A program made the position numbers and the translations under genes. The notes under the pieces are model-generated. The model did not search any database. It was not told the origin of the DNA and saw only the letters and a list, made by a program, of their open reading frames with translations. A stretch of DNA of 64,000 nucleotides, taken from the NCBI GenBank assembly GCA_964016885.1, contig OZ024746.1, positions 92,504,001-92,568,000 on the forward strand, written 5' to 3'. Shown here piece by piece: positions 26,206 to 39,487 of the stretch. The stretch is from Eledone cirrhosa. Its lineage: Eukaryota. Every line of letters begins with the position of its first letter. The stretch's first letter is position 1.

Positions 26206-26886
26206 AAACCATTATTGTGGCTTATGTTTGGATGTTTTGACAAGTTTTTCTATTCAGTGGTGTGTAAATAATTTAGTTGAAACTGTGTTAAAAATAATGG
26301 CTCAGGGCTCTCAATTGAAACACACAGTATATATACACAGAGTATATATATATATACATACATTTTCTATATTTTTATCTACTTCTCTCTCCCCCCCCCT
26401 CTCTCTCTCTCTCTCTTTCTCTCTATCTATCTATCTATCTATCTCTCTCTCTCTCTCTCTCTCTCTTTACTGTAACAACATAAGTTAGGAAGAAATAAAA
26501 GTGCAGATATAGTTATCTCAATTTTCTTGTCTACACTTCTGACTTCAGGTTAACCATTTTCTTTCTCAGATTAAATATCTCTTTTTCTATGAAAACAAAG
26601 TCCCTGGTGGAAATAGATTCATAATTGATTGCAAAATCAGTGGAGAAAAGAAACTGGTAAAACCAGTTCCTATGAAAGTGGGACATTTGTCAAATTAAAA
26701 GCTTTGCTTAACAGAATATTGAGTGTTTCATCACAAACACAGTTTAAGTAGTTATAATACAGTGCAGTGTTAATATCTCTGGCTCTTCAGCTTCATCTCT
26801 CTCATTCTCTTATCATTTCATTCTAAATTCTCATTTTCTATATTTTTATCTACTTCTCTCTCCCTCTCTCTCACTCTATCTATCTA

Positions 26887-26952
<66 letters not shown>

Positions 26953-26956
<4 letters not shown>

Positions 26957-28078
26957 CATAAAAGATGTAGTGGGATCACAGGTAAGCTAACTAAGAACAT
27001 AGATTTTACATGTGGCCGGTGCTCTGGTGCAATAAGTAGCAGCAAGTGCCCACAAAATACTAGCTCTTTCAATTGCGCAGAGGGTTCTATAGAAATAGTG
27101 GACAGCTTCCGTTACCTGGGCGATAAAATCAGCAGTGGGGGAGGGTGCTCTGAAAGTACTGTAGCTAGAGTCAGAACTGGTTGGAAAAAGTTCAGAGAGC
27201 TTATACCACTATTAGCTGCTAAAGGGTTCTCACTAAAAATGAAAGGCAGGTTGTACGATGCCTGCATACGAACAGCAATGCTGCATGGCAGTGAGACCTG
27301 GGCATTGTGTGCAGAGGATATACGCAGACTAGAGAGGAACGAAGCTTGCATGCTCCGCTGGATGTGTAACAGTAATATACGTGAACGGCAAAGCATAAAC
27401 GAACTAAGGATAAAATTAGAGATAAGAGGGATCAGATGTTGTTTACTCGAGAGAAGGCTACGTTGGTATGGACACGTGATGCGCATGAAAGTCGATAGCT
27501 GTATAACAAAGTGCAGGGCAATAAAGATAGACGGTAGTCACGGAATAGGCAGACCTAGAAAAACCTGGGACGAGCTGATAAACTCCGACATCACACACTT
27601 ACACCTCTCCAAGACAATGTCACTGGACCGAGACCTTTGGCGGTACTCAGTAACAGAGAAGACCCGCCTTACCTAAATATATAGTAAAACCTACTCCAGC
27701 CAGTAGGCATCTCTAACAAAATACACCCCGTCCCACCACCACCACCCCCACCCCATCCACACCACCCCGTTCTATGTAAAGTTATGTTGGTGCCGCGCCA
27801 TCGAGGCCGAAACAAATGAGATCGTGTAGGTGTCACGACAAAAAAACCCACAGTCCACGCTGTAATGTGGCCGTGTAGGCAACACGGTAAAAACCTCCCA
27901 GACCCACACTGTAAATGTGGTTGGTGTTAGGAAGGGCATCCAACTGTAGAAAACCTGCCAGACAGTCCTATGCGAGCAAGACAATCACTCTTGCCTCAAG
28001 TGGGACTACCCCCGTCCAAACCCATGCAAGCGTGGAACACGGACGTTAAACGTTGATGATGATGATGATGATGATGAT
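26953..28078 (+). mobile_element. 5'-truncated copy of the same RTE LINE with complete 3' UTR and (GAT)n tail
   Basis: ORF 26954-27676 is highly similar to 223-950. Ends acgttaaacgtt(gat)n. (TA)n lies on both flanks. Confidence 0.92.
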
Positions 28079-28087
28079 ATATATATA

Positions 28088-28758
28088 TAAATGGAAAAAA
28101 TGAAATTTCATTTCTCACTCTTAGTAAGGCTAATACTTAAATATAAGTATGTATACGAACATACATATATGTATACAGGCGTACAGTAGTATGTATATAC
28201 ATACATACATGCACACGTATATATATATGCACGTATGGGTTTACCGAACATTTATTATAATGTTCGGTTTGTTTGTAAACAAACAGCCCGAATTAAGCCG
28301 TACAGTGTTCGGCAACCATCGTTGCCCTTTTGTTCAACACTGACAAAGGAACGATGAACTGTATACCTTCCTGTCAGTCGATTGAACGTTTGAAAGTATA
28401 TACTTTCCTTATGCATATTAATGGCTGAGCAGCCTAATTTGCATATCGAGTGAGTTAGTCGGCTGGGTGTACCGAAAACGATAAATGGAAATAATGAAAT
28501 TTCATTTCTCACTCTTAGTACGGCTGATACTTAAATATAAGTATGTATACGTACATACATATATGTATACAGATGTAAAGTAGTATGTATATACATACAT
28601 ACATTTATTATAATGTTCGGTTTGTTTGTAAACAAACAGCCCGAATTTATCCGTACAGTGTTCGGCAACCATCTGTATTCAACCTCACACACACATATGG
28701 GATTCAAACTCACACACACACACACAGACAGACATCCTCAGTTTTATATATATAGATT
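28088..28758 (-). repeat. Partially tandem-duplicated (~394-bp period) element, possibly a non-autonomous Helitron 5' end
   Basis: 28088-28320 repeats at 28482-28672. The minus strand begins A|TCTATATATATAAAAC followed by (GTCT)/(GT)n. No CTRR 3' end found. Confidence 0.4.
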
Positions 28759-28804
28759 ATATGTATATATATATTATATATATATATATATTATATATAT
28801 ATAT

Positions 28805-28844
<40 letters not shown>

Positions 28845-28883
28845 TTGATTGATTTTCATATTTGTTTTTTTTTATATTTCTAG

Positions 28884-28912
28884 TGAATGCTGAAGAATTA
28901 TCTTCATGTAAA
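28884..28912 (+). CDS. CPNE: Copine exon (29-nt microexon, C2A-C2B linker: (V)NAEELSSCK)
   Basis: Pyrimidine tract + TAG acceptor (tttatatttctag) and GTAAGT donor. Reads TG AAT GCT GAA GAA TTA TCT TCA TGT AAA, matching the copine 'xAEEL..C(K/R)' motif. Ends in phase 0, matching the next exon. Confidence 0.85.
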
Positions 28913-31504
28913 GTAAGTGTTAACATATTTTATGGGAGGGGGGTACCTCTTTTATATCTTATTCATTTTTCTTTTATATACTGGGACTGAGATTAAGAGT
29001 CAAGCGCTTGCAAGATTTATGTTGAATGGAATGGACCTCAGTCAATTTCGACATTGAATGTTCCAGTTGGTTGATCAACAGTACAACCAGTCTGTTAAAT
29101 TAACCTGCAAGTGTTTGAGCATTCCATATGCACAGACATGCTCATGTTTAACATAATTCTCAGGGAGAATCAGCAAGACCCAGTGAATTGAATTACAGGT
29201 ACAGCCCATCTGACGGGCTTCCAAACAGTTTCCGTCTACCCAATTTCACTCACTTGGTTGATCTGAGGCTATGGTAATACTTGCCCAAGATACCACAAGA
29301 GCAATTGATTGCTCAGTGAAGTGAGAAAATAAAACTTGGGTTTTTATATTGAAGTTGGTTTTAAAATAACCTGTGATATTGAAAAAGCTTGATTTGGTTA
29401 TTTGTACTAGGATGGGGATCCTGCCAGAAAACCCTGCCAAAAACTATCATCATCATCATCTGAAGAAATATAAAGATATGTGAAAATTAGGAAGAAAATA
29501 GTTTATGCTTCAACACTAACAAACTATTTACTATAGAAAGTATTTTAGTGGCAAGTTAGTGATGTAATTACATTTTATATCTCAAACTATATCAACTAAG
29601 TAAAAAAATGAATATTTTTTTGGTTAAATTAATTCTCACTTTCTTGAAATTATCTTCATTTCCATTGAAAGTTGCTAACAATTGCCGCTATATCTTTCTC
29701 CAGCTAAGAGGCAATTTTTAATTCATAGGAGTTTTTTTCATATCTCATTCAGTACATCGCCATCTACCCAAATTTTGTAAATTATTTCATTCATAATTTA
29801 GTAAAGTTAGAAAACTGTTAGATATATTAAACAGTAAAATCACATGTTACAATATGGTGTAGTCCTGCAACTCCTGATAGAGTCGTAGGGACGCTGTATT
29901 GACATACAGCGTTTCTTGGGCATTTTAAGCCTGGTGGAGCACATCTCTCTCCAGGTCTCAGTACAGCAGATTTCTTCCAGAGAGAGGAAGAATCGACCCC
30001 AGTACTTGATTGGTAGTTTTTTATCGACCTCAATAGGATGAAAGGCAAAGTTGACCTCACTGGGATCTAAATCAGCAGAGAGCCGGAACGAATACCATAA
30101 AGCATTCTATCTGACATTCTAACAACTCTGCCAATTCACTGCCTTATGTTACAATAATAAATATTAAAATATAAAAATTTTATAGGACTCCTCTATGTCA
30201 AAGACAGTGAGAGGAGTCTCCAGTTGTGTGATGAGCACAACAATCTCTCTAGCATTGGTGATCTACATGATAAATACACCCAGTACACTCTGTAGAGGAG
30301 CTAGTGATAGGAAGGTCATTCAGCCATAGAAAACCTGTGGAACAAAGAGTCAGGTTGAGTCTTGAGCTGTGTCAAAGACATTAGAGCCAGCTTGTTGCTA
30401 GTACCTTGATAAAATATAGCCAGTGGAGTTCAGGAACATATGTGAGATGTTGTCCCCCATCTGAAAAGTCAGTAGCTCCACTTGAGTACCGACATGGTCT
30501 ATGATAATCCCTCCAACCTGTGCTAGTAGGAAAAACAGACGTTAAATAGTAATAATGATGATGATGATATCTTTCATTATATACCATCTGCCTAAATTCT
30601 AAACTACTTACATTTCACATTCCATAATTTAGTAGTTAGTGAGAGATAGCTGTTACAGATATTAATGAAAGATTTACAATATGTATAAAGTGTTTCTATA
30701 TCAAGGCAGCAAATTTTGATAGAGTTGTTAAAACATAGAATTGCTGGCAGCATTTGTCCTGACTCTCTGTTTCCTGAGTTCAAATCCTAACAAGGACAAC
30801 TTAACACTTCATCCTTCCAGAGTCAATAAAATAATTCACAATTGAAGTAGAATGGAAAGAATCACAGGACAGGTTTTACAGACAAAGTCAACTGGCAAGA
30901 GACCTAGAGGTTGACTACGAGCAAGATTATTGTACGAAGTCAACTGGCAAGAGACCTAGAGGTTGACTATGAGCAAGATTATTGTACAAAGTCAACTGGC
31001 AAGAGACTTAGAAGTTGGCTGCGAGCAAGATCATTGTATAACATCTGTAACATAAGTTGGTCTCACTTGGGAAGCCAGCTAGATTATTTGGAATAGTTTT
31101 CAATAAGTATGTCTGAGGACTCTATCCTCACAGTTCTCTCAAGAATGAGGGAGCAAAGGTGATATTGAAGAGTGGATCAGTTTTTCTCTCCCTCTCAGAG
31201 TCAGCTACATTAAGCTGTGTGAAGAGTCATGAAAAGGGAAGTCACTCATAGTGTCCCCTTCTACAGAAGTGGAGACAGGTTGAATGAGAGGTCAGCAACC
31301 TCTTCTCAGAAAAACTGATATTCTACCAGAACTGTCCAATATCGTTTAATGTGCTACAGAAGAGACAGAAATAATTTCATCTCAGACTATGTGAAAATTA
31401 AAGCCATTGTTCTTTATATGTAGCTTCATATCTTTCAGACAAACTTTGCAACTACTAAATTCTTTTGTGTTATTGATTACTTGTTTATTGGTAAATTCTT
31501 GTAG

Positions 31505-31608
31505 GAAGAAGCCACAATGCATTTCTGTGCTCATCAATTGGATAAAAAGGACTTCTTTGGGAAATCAGACCCATTCCTCACATTTTACCGATGTAATGAA
31601 GATGGAAG
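31505..31608 (+). CDS. CPNE: Copine exon, start of C2B: EEATMHFCAHQLDKKDFFGKSDPFLTFYRCNEDG(S)
   Basis: ttcttgtag acceptor and GT donor (gtacca). LDKKDFFGKSDPFL is the diagnostic copine C2B motif. 104 nt, phase 0 to phase 2. Confidence 0.95.
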
Positions 31609-31861
31609 GTACCAAACATTTCTATGTCATTCTATTTCATATATTTCTTTCAACTTAACAATAATTTATCCATAACAGAGAATAGAAAAATACATTTTTT
31701 TAAATCAAATTCTTTTGAGTTTATTCTTTTCCTGATCTTTGGTAGTTGTCTTTAGGGCATGAAGGTAATAGAACCAACACCAGACCTTTCTTACAAGGTA
31801 TAAACAAACGGTAAATGTAAATACACATACACATACACATGGTGGCTGCCAACTCGTTTTC

Positions 31862-32447
31862 GAGTACGGCCACTACTTTATATCCATGTAGGAAAACCCC
31901 TACCGATGCGCTGAACAAGTGTGACTTTTTAGTCCAGCCAGCAACTTGAAAACTCTGGTACAAACACTACACTTGTGACAATTACTGACACATAGTACTG
32001 GGCCCATGATACCATGTGACGACAGGTGCAGAGAGATCTCCAGATATAAAGCAATGCCTGTGCCATGAAGCTTTTATAGTGAGCAAAGGCACTGCACAAA
32101 GCCAGTCCCACTCTCTTAACCAAGATGATATTTACCAAAAAGAAGAACAAGTCAACATCATTGGATACCATCAGGGTTGCAGGTGTTATATCAGGGTTTT
32201 CCTTCTCCTAGAATTCTGCCTTGACAAAGGCTAAGGGGTCATCTCTCCCGGTGATTTTGGATGGCCATTGACTCTTAAGAGCTCCTTTGCCCTTTGACAG
32301 GTTTTGTTTTTAGTCCTGTAGGATGTCCAAAGTCACCCTCCTCACCAAGAAACCTTGGTAGGGTTGCCAGTTTAGTCGCCAACGACCCGGCCATGGGACA
32401 GGATGTACTGGGATACATGTTACCAGTAGCACCAACTGGTGACCGGA
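31862..32447. repeat. About 590-bp dispersed repeat, copy 1 (unclassified, possibly a LINE 5' UTR on the minus strand)
   Basis: Near-identical direct copy at 42617-43203. No recognisable protein in any frame. Confidence 0.85.
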
Positions 32448-32644
32448 CATATACACATACACACATACATACACACACATACATACATGCATACACACAT
32501 ACATACACACATACATACATGCATACACACACACATACATACATACATGATGATCCTGTGAGTACACAGGTAAAACAGAGTAACAAGACTCACCAATTAG
32601 GCACGATTTAAAAAAAAAAAACATTTTTGTCTGCTCTTAATTAG

Positions 32645-32933
32645 CCCTTTAGCATTTAAACCAGCCATATCCGGCCAGAATTCTCTCATCTTTTTCTGTT
32701 CAAACCAACCATAATCGACTACTTATACATATGTTAAGGTATTGTTCTCAAAATAAATAATATCAAAATCTCATAGATTCAATATTATGTGACGTATGCA
32801 AGGTAAAGCCTTTACTGTGAAAATACAATAGTATATATAGAGTAATCTAAATGTTATGTGAGATATTATGCGAGGTAAAGCCTTTACTATGAAAATATAA
32901 TAGTATATATTGAGTAATGTAAATGCTAAAGGG
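32645..32933 (+). mobile_element. piggyBac-type (TTAA) MITE with an internal tandem duplication
   Basis: TTAG|CCCTTTAGCATTT...AAATGCTAAAGGG|TTAA. Ends 43 nt upstream of copine exon 32977. Confidence 0.8.
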
Positions 32934-32976
32934 TTAAAGATTGATCTATTGATTTTGATTATTTGATTACTTTTAG

Positions 32977-33081
32977 TTTCACTGTGGTACATAGAACAGA
33001 AGTAATAAAGAGAACATTGAATCCAACATGGCGGCCATTTACTATTAGCATTCGATTGTTATGTAATGGAGATTATGACCG
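32977..33081 (+). CDS. CPNE: Copine exon, C2B: (S)[34 protein letters not shown](R)
   Basis: ttacttttag acceptor and GTAAGA donor. Copine motifs HRTEV..TLNP.W and LCNGDYDR. 105 nt, phase 2 to phase 2, in frame with both neighbours. Confidence 0.95.
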
Positions 33082-33409
33082 GTAAGACATACCTGCATTT
33101 TCTTTTGGATACTAAATCATCTTCCTCATTGTATTCTTGCTGTTAAACCCCAGGTGAGTTCTGTTCAAGGAAACCTATTATCAAAAGCACTCCAAACAAA
33201 CCATACTATCTTTTGTTGTTTAGCATCAACTAGGGCAAACCTTTGATCAAATGTTTCAGCTACGATCAACACATCTTATTTAAACACAGTAAATATAAAA
33301 ATATATTATTCAATGCATCCTTCCTTATTTTTTTTAAAGGTAGGGTGTGATTTGAGGAAAATTTGGCTGCTATTTTTTAGCAGTTTAAGTGACTACATAG
33401 AGCCCCCTT

Positions 33410-33842
33410 TGTTGGCTCAACTGTGTAGAGACTTTCTTGTTGGCTCAACTTTGTAGAAACTTTCTTGGTGGGTCAACTTCATAGAAGCTTTCATGATGGC
33501 TCAACTATGTAGAAGTTTTCCTGTTGGCTCAACTTGGTAGAAGCTGTCTTGTTGGCTCAACTGTAGAGAAGCATTTTATTGGCTCAACTGTATAGAAGCT
33601 TTCTTGATGGCTCAACTTGGTAGAAGTTACCTTGTTGGCTCAACTGTATAGAAGCACTTCTATTGGCTCAACTTGGTAGAGACTCTCTTGTTTGCTTGAC
33701 TTTGTAAAATCTGTCTTGTTGGCTCAACTGTATAAAAGCACTTCTATTGACTCATCTGTAAAGAAAATTTCTTATTGGCTCAACTTGGTTGAAGCTTTCT
33801 TATTGACTCAACTTGTTACAAACTTTCTAATTGGCTCAACTC
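33410..33842. repeat. Diverged ~29-30-bp minisatellite
   Basis: TTGGCTCAACT...TAGAAGCTTTCTTG, about 14 copies. Confidence 0.85.
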
Positions 33843-34728
33843 TAGATGTTTCATTATTGTTATTTTGATATCATGTACTATACATGAGGTAGTATTTTGT
33901 TTTTTACTGATTAACCAGAGAAAGGCAATACCAGTGACCATTTCAGGGCTTCTGAGACCTATAGGGGAGAGAGAGGGTGGGAAAAGAAGGAAGGTATCCT
34001 GAAACCAGTGTCCTGGACTGAAAGTTTGCAACAAAGTGGACTCTGCAGGATTTGGACTCAGTGTACAGAGAACTGGAACAAATACCACAAGACATTTTTG
34101 TCCTACACTCTAACAATTCTTCTAATTGGCTGCCTGGAGGTTAAAATACTGAAGTACCAATTTGGGTACCAACTGTTTTCATAGTTTAACAAAAAAATGT
34201 CTTAAAAAGCAGGGTTTGTTAATTCAAATATTCAAATATTCACAGATTGTTATGAAAGTCTGTATCTGTTGAGTAAAGACTTTAGTTTTTAATAGTGCTG
34301 TTTTTTTACTGTTCAAAAATGTCTTGTTATTGTAGTTTCATGTGGAATAGGACCTTATGAGTTCATTAAATCTGTTGATTAAATGTGCACCGTATTTCTT
34401 TAGAAAGGAGCAGAAAAGTGTGATTAGATAGACTACTCCTCCGAGATAGTTCATGTTACATGTAATGTGTTCATATTTAAAGCAAGGGACCAGCTAGGGT
34501 CTATAAGGAATAAATAGGCATTAATACCAAAACGGTAGCAAAAGTCTTTGGTAATAGTCCAGTATAAAGTAAATAAAACCTCGCTTCTGTACAAAAGTGT
34601 TTATTTCGCACCTAATCAAAAGAAACCATTATTTGATATGCATAATGAACTTGCTGTTGTTTAGCTCTGATCAGCCTTGATCAAGTAGACCTATGATCAA
34701 AGACTGTTGTTTAGCTATTATCAAGTAG

Positions 34729-34919
34729 GCGGTGGTGGATTGGCAATATCGGTAGAGAGTCGGACGCCATGCTTTCCAGCATAGTTACGTCCCTTTACGG
34801 TCTGAGTTCAAATCCCGCCGAGGTTTATTTTGCCTTTCATCCTTACGGGGTCAATAAAATAAAGTACCAGTAATGCACTGGGTTATTGCTGGCCTTGTGC
34901 GTAAAGTAGAAACAATTAT
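34729..34919 (+). mobile_element. tRNA-derived SINE family A (representative copy)
   Basis: B-box-like GAGTTCAAATCC, central GCCTTTCATCCTTACGGGGTC(G/A)ATAAAATAAAGTACCAG, 3' GGCCTTGTGC..AAAGTAGAAACAATTAT. Other copies: + strand at about 21016, 21260, 39584; - strand at about 22625, 22770, 29990, 36835, 46761, 48387, 60420. Confidence 0.8.
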
Positions 34920-35422
34920 CAAGTAGGCCTATGATCAAAAATATTCCACCCATGACCATAACATCTAGTATCTAGAACTGCCTTGTTCAATGTGTCCTTT
35001 TCTTTGTTTTTTTTTGTTGTTCTTTTGTTTTTTAAGACTGTAGGGTATGAATTGAGGAATATTTGGTATCTATTTCTAGCAGTCCACATAGAGGCTCCTT
35101 GTCTCCTTCAAAAAGTCAATTGATTCTCTATAAATTAAGTTTCACTTTGTTCTGTCTCAGGATTGACATAAATCGTTGCTATAAACTTGATAACTTTGCT
35201 ATCATGTTAATGAAACTCTTTACTTTCTGTCTGTGTGTGTGTGTGTATGTGTGTGTCTGTCTGTATGTCTATGCGTGTGTCTGTCTGTTTTAAACGTATC
35301 ATTGCAGCTATGTAATGGGATATTGAATCCATTTACTTTACATGTTATATTGTATTTAGACACGCAGGTCTGGTGGACATGTTGGTTGTTATTACTGACT
35401 AACATCCCGTCATGACACACAT

Positions 35423-35490
<68 letters not shown>

Positions 35491-36990
35491 CAGGATAAAA
35501 CAATTATTAAACTAGTTAGACCATTATTCAACAGAGTGCTCAATACTTGGGATAGTAGAGTCTGACTATAAAGAAAGAGATGGGTCTCGACAGCTGAGAT
35601 CTTATATATACACACACACACATATATATATACACATATACACACACATATATACATATGCACACACACACATGTACATACGCACACACACAAACACACA
35701 CATATGTACACATATACACACACACTCACATATATACACATATACACACACACACACATATATATATATACATACACACATCCACACACACACACATATA
35801 TATATATTCCAGATTATTTTCCTGGTGACATATTGATATCAGGTATGAAAGATAGGTGTCCACTGAAAGCTGTCTTTCAATTGATCCCATCTGTCAATAT
35901 CGAAATTTATTCAGTAATCGGTTGAAAATGTATTTTAGTTGTCAGTAAGTTGATCTTTTCTAAATCTGAGTTAGAAGAAAATAGATTGATGATAACATTT
36001 GTAAAATGATAAGTGTAGATATTGCTGTGCTTTTGCTTGTTTTGGAGTGTTTTTCCATTTATTTACTAGATGGCAAATTTGCAGAATCTGCATTGTTGGG
36101 TGCCTTGTGGTGTTTGTTTCACCTTCATGAGTTCAAACCTCACCAAGGTGATTTTTCTTTCATTTCATCCTTCTGATAAATAAAATACAACTCTAAAGTG
36201 ATGGATTAATCATTAGAGTGTTGGACATTCTGAGTTCAAATCCTTGTTGCAGCTCACTTGCATGCTAGACTTAATCTATTGCCTAGTTTAAAACTACCAC
36301 TGAGCATTTGAGTGCTTGTAGGTCCACATGGTTGCTGGCCCTCAGACCCAGGTTTCCATTTTGTTCCTCCCTTCATTTCACTAGTCCCATATACCTTGGA
36401 AACGTGTTATGGGTGCTGCCTTGCCATATGACTAGGCAATAAAAAACAAGACATTATTTACTTTTAAAAAGCAATATTGTGTCGTGATGGTTGTGTTGTT
36501 TGCTGTTATAGTGAGTTACACAATGGATTTTATTTTAAATATTCTAATAAATAACTTGTTAGTGTTCGTTGTAGGATTGTTAAGATCATTATGAGATATG
36601 TGTATGTATGTATGTGTGTGTGTATGTATGTGTGTGTGTGTGTGTATGTATGTGTGTATGTATGTATGTATGTATGTATGCATGGTCCTGTAACTCCTAA
36701 GGGAGTTACAGTGTTTCTAGGGCATTTCTTAAAACTGGTGGAACTCATTTCGTCTCCTGGTCTGAATACAGTAGATTTCTTCCAGAGAAGAATAGAAAGG
36801 GAGAGGATGGAAGTGAGAAAGAGATATAGAAGAAGAATCAACCCCAGTACTAGACTGGTACTTTTTTTTTATCAACCTCGAATGGATGAAAACCAAAATT
36901 GACCACGACAGGATTTGAACTCAGAAAACAAAGAGCCAAAAGGAATACCATAAAGTATTCTATCCGAAGTTCTAACAACTCTGCCAATCA

Positions 36991-38160
36991 GTGGTAGATC
37001 TTGTGTTGTTGTGTGGCTGGTGGTAGATCTTGTGTTGTTGTGTGGCTGGTGGTAGATCATATGTTGTGAGGCCGGTGGTAGATCTTGTGTTGTGTGGTTG
37101 GTGGTAGATCTTGTGTTGTTGTGAGGTTGGTGGTGGATCTTGTGTTGTTGTGTGGCTGGTGGTAGATCTTGTGTTGTTGTGAGGCTGGTGGTAGATCTTG
37201 TGTTGTTGTGTGGCTGGTGGTAGATCATATGTTGTGAGGCCGGTGGTAGATCTTGTGTTGTGTGGTTGGTGGTAGATCTTGTGTTGTTGTGAGGTTGGTG
37301 GTGGATCTTGTGTTGTTGTGTGGCTGGTGGTAGATCTTGTGTTGTTGTGTGGCTGGTGGTAGATCATATGTTGTGAGGCCGGTGGTAGATCTTGTGTTGT
37401 GTGGTTGGTGGTAGATCTTGTGTTGTTGTGAGGTTGGTGGTGGATCTTGTGTTGTTGTGTGGCTGGTGGTAGATCTTGTGTTGTTGTGAGGCTGGTGGTG
37501 GATCTTGTGTTGTTGTGTGGCTGGTGGTAGATCTTGTGTTGTTGTGTGGCTGGTGGTAGATCATATGTTGTGAGGCCGGTGGTAGATGTTGTGTGGTTGG
37601 TGGTAGATCTTGTGTTGTTGTGAGGTTGGTGGTGGATCTTGTGTTGTTGTGTGGCTGGTGGTAGATCTTGTGTTGTTGTGTGGCTGGTGGTAGATCTTGT
37701 GTTGTTGTGTGGCTGGTGGTAAATCATATGTGGTGTGGCTGGTGGTAGATCATATGTTGTTGTGAGGTTGGTGGTGGATCTTGTGTTGTTGTGTGGCTGG
37801 TGGTAGATCATATGTGGTGTGGCTGGTGGTAGATCATATGTTGTGTGGCTGGTGGTAGATCTTATGTTGTTGTGTTGTGAGGCTGGTGGAGGATCTTGTG
37901 TTGTTGTGTGGCTGGTGGTAGATCTTGTGTTGTTGTGTGGCTGCTGGTAGATCTTTTGTTGTTGTGTGGTTGGTGGTAGATTTTGTGTTGTTGTGTTGTG
38001 AGGCTGGTAGTAGATCTTATGTTGTGTGGCTGGTGGTATATCTTGTGTTGTTGTGAGGCTGGTGGTAGATCATATGTTGTTGTGAGGCTGGTGGTAGATC
38101 ATATGTTGTGAAGCTGGTGGTTTATCATATGTTTTTGTGTGGCTGAGGGTAGGTCATATG
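36991..38160. repeat. GT-rich 26/29-bp minisatellite with higher-order order of variants
   Basis: GGTGGTAGATCTTGTGTTGTTGTGTGGCT and variants, about 40 copies. Confidence 0.93.
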
Positions 38161-38174
38161 TGTATATGCATATA

Positions 38175-39487
38175 CGAGGGGGATCAAAAAGTTTGCAGAA
38201 TTTTATCGTAGCAAGAAAAAAATCAGGTTAAAACAGTATTAAACATGTCAGAACATTGTCACTGGGTATTTACCTTGCTATTAGTCACTTGCAGTCAGTC
38301 ATGCGCAGATTATTGTACAGTACTGACACTCTTTAAAAAACCTCTTTTTGGAACAATGGAAAATAGTTATTTTGAGATAAGATCGAATATCAAGTTTCTG
38401 ATGAAACTCAAATGGAAAGGGACACAGATTATGGAGGCTTTAGTTAAAGTTTACGGTACTACTGCTCCAAAGAAAACTGCTGTCTACAAGTGGATTCAGT
38501 GATTCAAACAAGGGAAAGACGACCTTGAAGACGACCATCGCAGTGGACGACCAGGAACATCAAAAAATGACCAAAACGTTGAGGCTGCTCAGACTTTAAT
38601 TGAAGAAGATCGAAGAATAACAGTTAATCAGTTAGCTAAGTCCCTAGACATTTCATATGGTTCGGCAAATTCAATTCTGCATGATAATTTGGGACTAAGC
38701 AAGCTTTCAGCGCGATTGGTCCCAAAAGCTTTGCGCTCTGATCAGCTGATTCTTCGAAGTGATCTGTCTTTGGCGATATTAAACAAAATTGAAGTTGATG
38801 AAGAGCATTTCCTGACCAGAATCATCACCGGAAATGAAACCTGGATCTACCAGTATGATCCTGAATCCAAACAGCAGTCAAAACAGTGGCTTCCATGTGG
38901 ATCATCGGGGCCAATCAAGTTCAAATCTCAAAAGTCGGATCAAAAAGTGATGGCCACCATTTTCTGGGATTCAGATGGGGTGATACTAATAGATTATCTT
39001 GAAGGTCAAAGAACTGTGACAGGAGCTTACTATGCAAATGTTTTAAGGAAGCTGAAAGAGGCATTAGTCAAGAAACGAAAAGGGAAACTTCATGGTAGGA
39101 TCTTGTTTCACCATGACAATGCACCAGCGCATTCTGCGCGGGTTGCAAAAGAAGTTCTTCAAGAATTTCGATGGGAAGTGCTTCCTCACCCGCCTTATAG
39201 TCCAGATTTAGCCCCATCAGACTTTTTCCTCTTTTCAAAACTCAAAGAAATGCTAAAAGGAACCCGTTTTAGTGGTGTTGAAGAAGCTAAAAACACTGCC
39301 AACACATGGCTTCGAACAAGGCCTTCAACTTTCTTTAGAGACGGCTGATGAAGCTGGAAGCATCGCCTTGTGAAGTGTATTGACTTGGATGGCAACTATG
39401 TAGAAAAATAAATTGAAGGTAAATCATATTTTTTGAAAAATAGATTATTTTCTGAAAAATTCTGCGAACTTTTTGATCCCCCACTCG
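38175..39487 (+). mobile_element. Full-length mariner (Tc1/mariner, DD34D) element, 1313 bp
   Basis: TIRs CGAGGGGGATCAAAAAGTTTGCAGAATTTT / AAAATTCTGCGAACTTTTTGATCCCCCACTCG. TA TSD on both sides. Confidence 0.95.
38356..39411 (+). pseudogene. Mariner transposase, inactivated
   Basis: One reading frame from MENSYFEIR to GNYVEK*, with in-frame stops at 38500 and 39346-39351. The WVP motif reads LVPKAL and the first catalytic D is N (TGNETW). HDNA and YSPDLAPSDF are intact. Confidence 0.92.

Noticed and set aside
31407-31658. 83-aa ORF overlapping the copine exon
   Set aside because: Wrong reading frame. The real coding frame is the spliced 31505-31608 exon.
36872-37811. Mucin-like T/H/Q-rich ORFs on the minus strand
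   Set aside because: Products of a 26/29-bp minisatellite whose period is not a multiple of 3. No splice or domain support.
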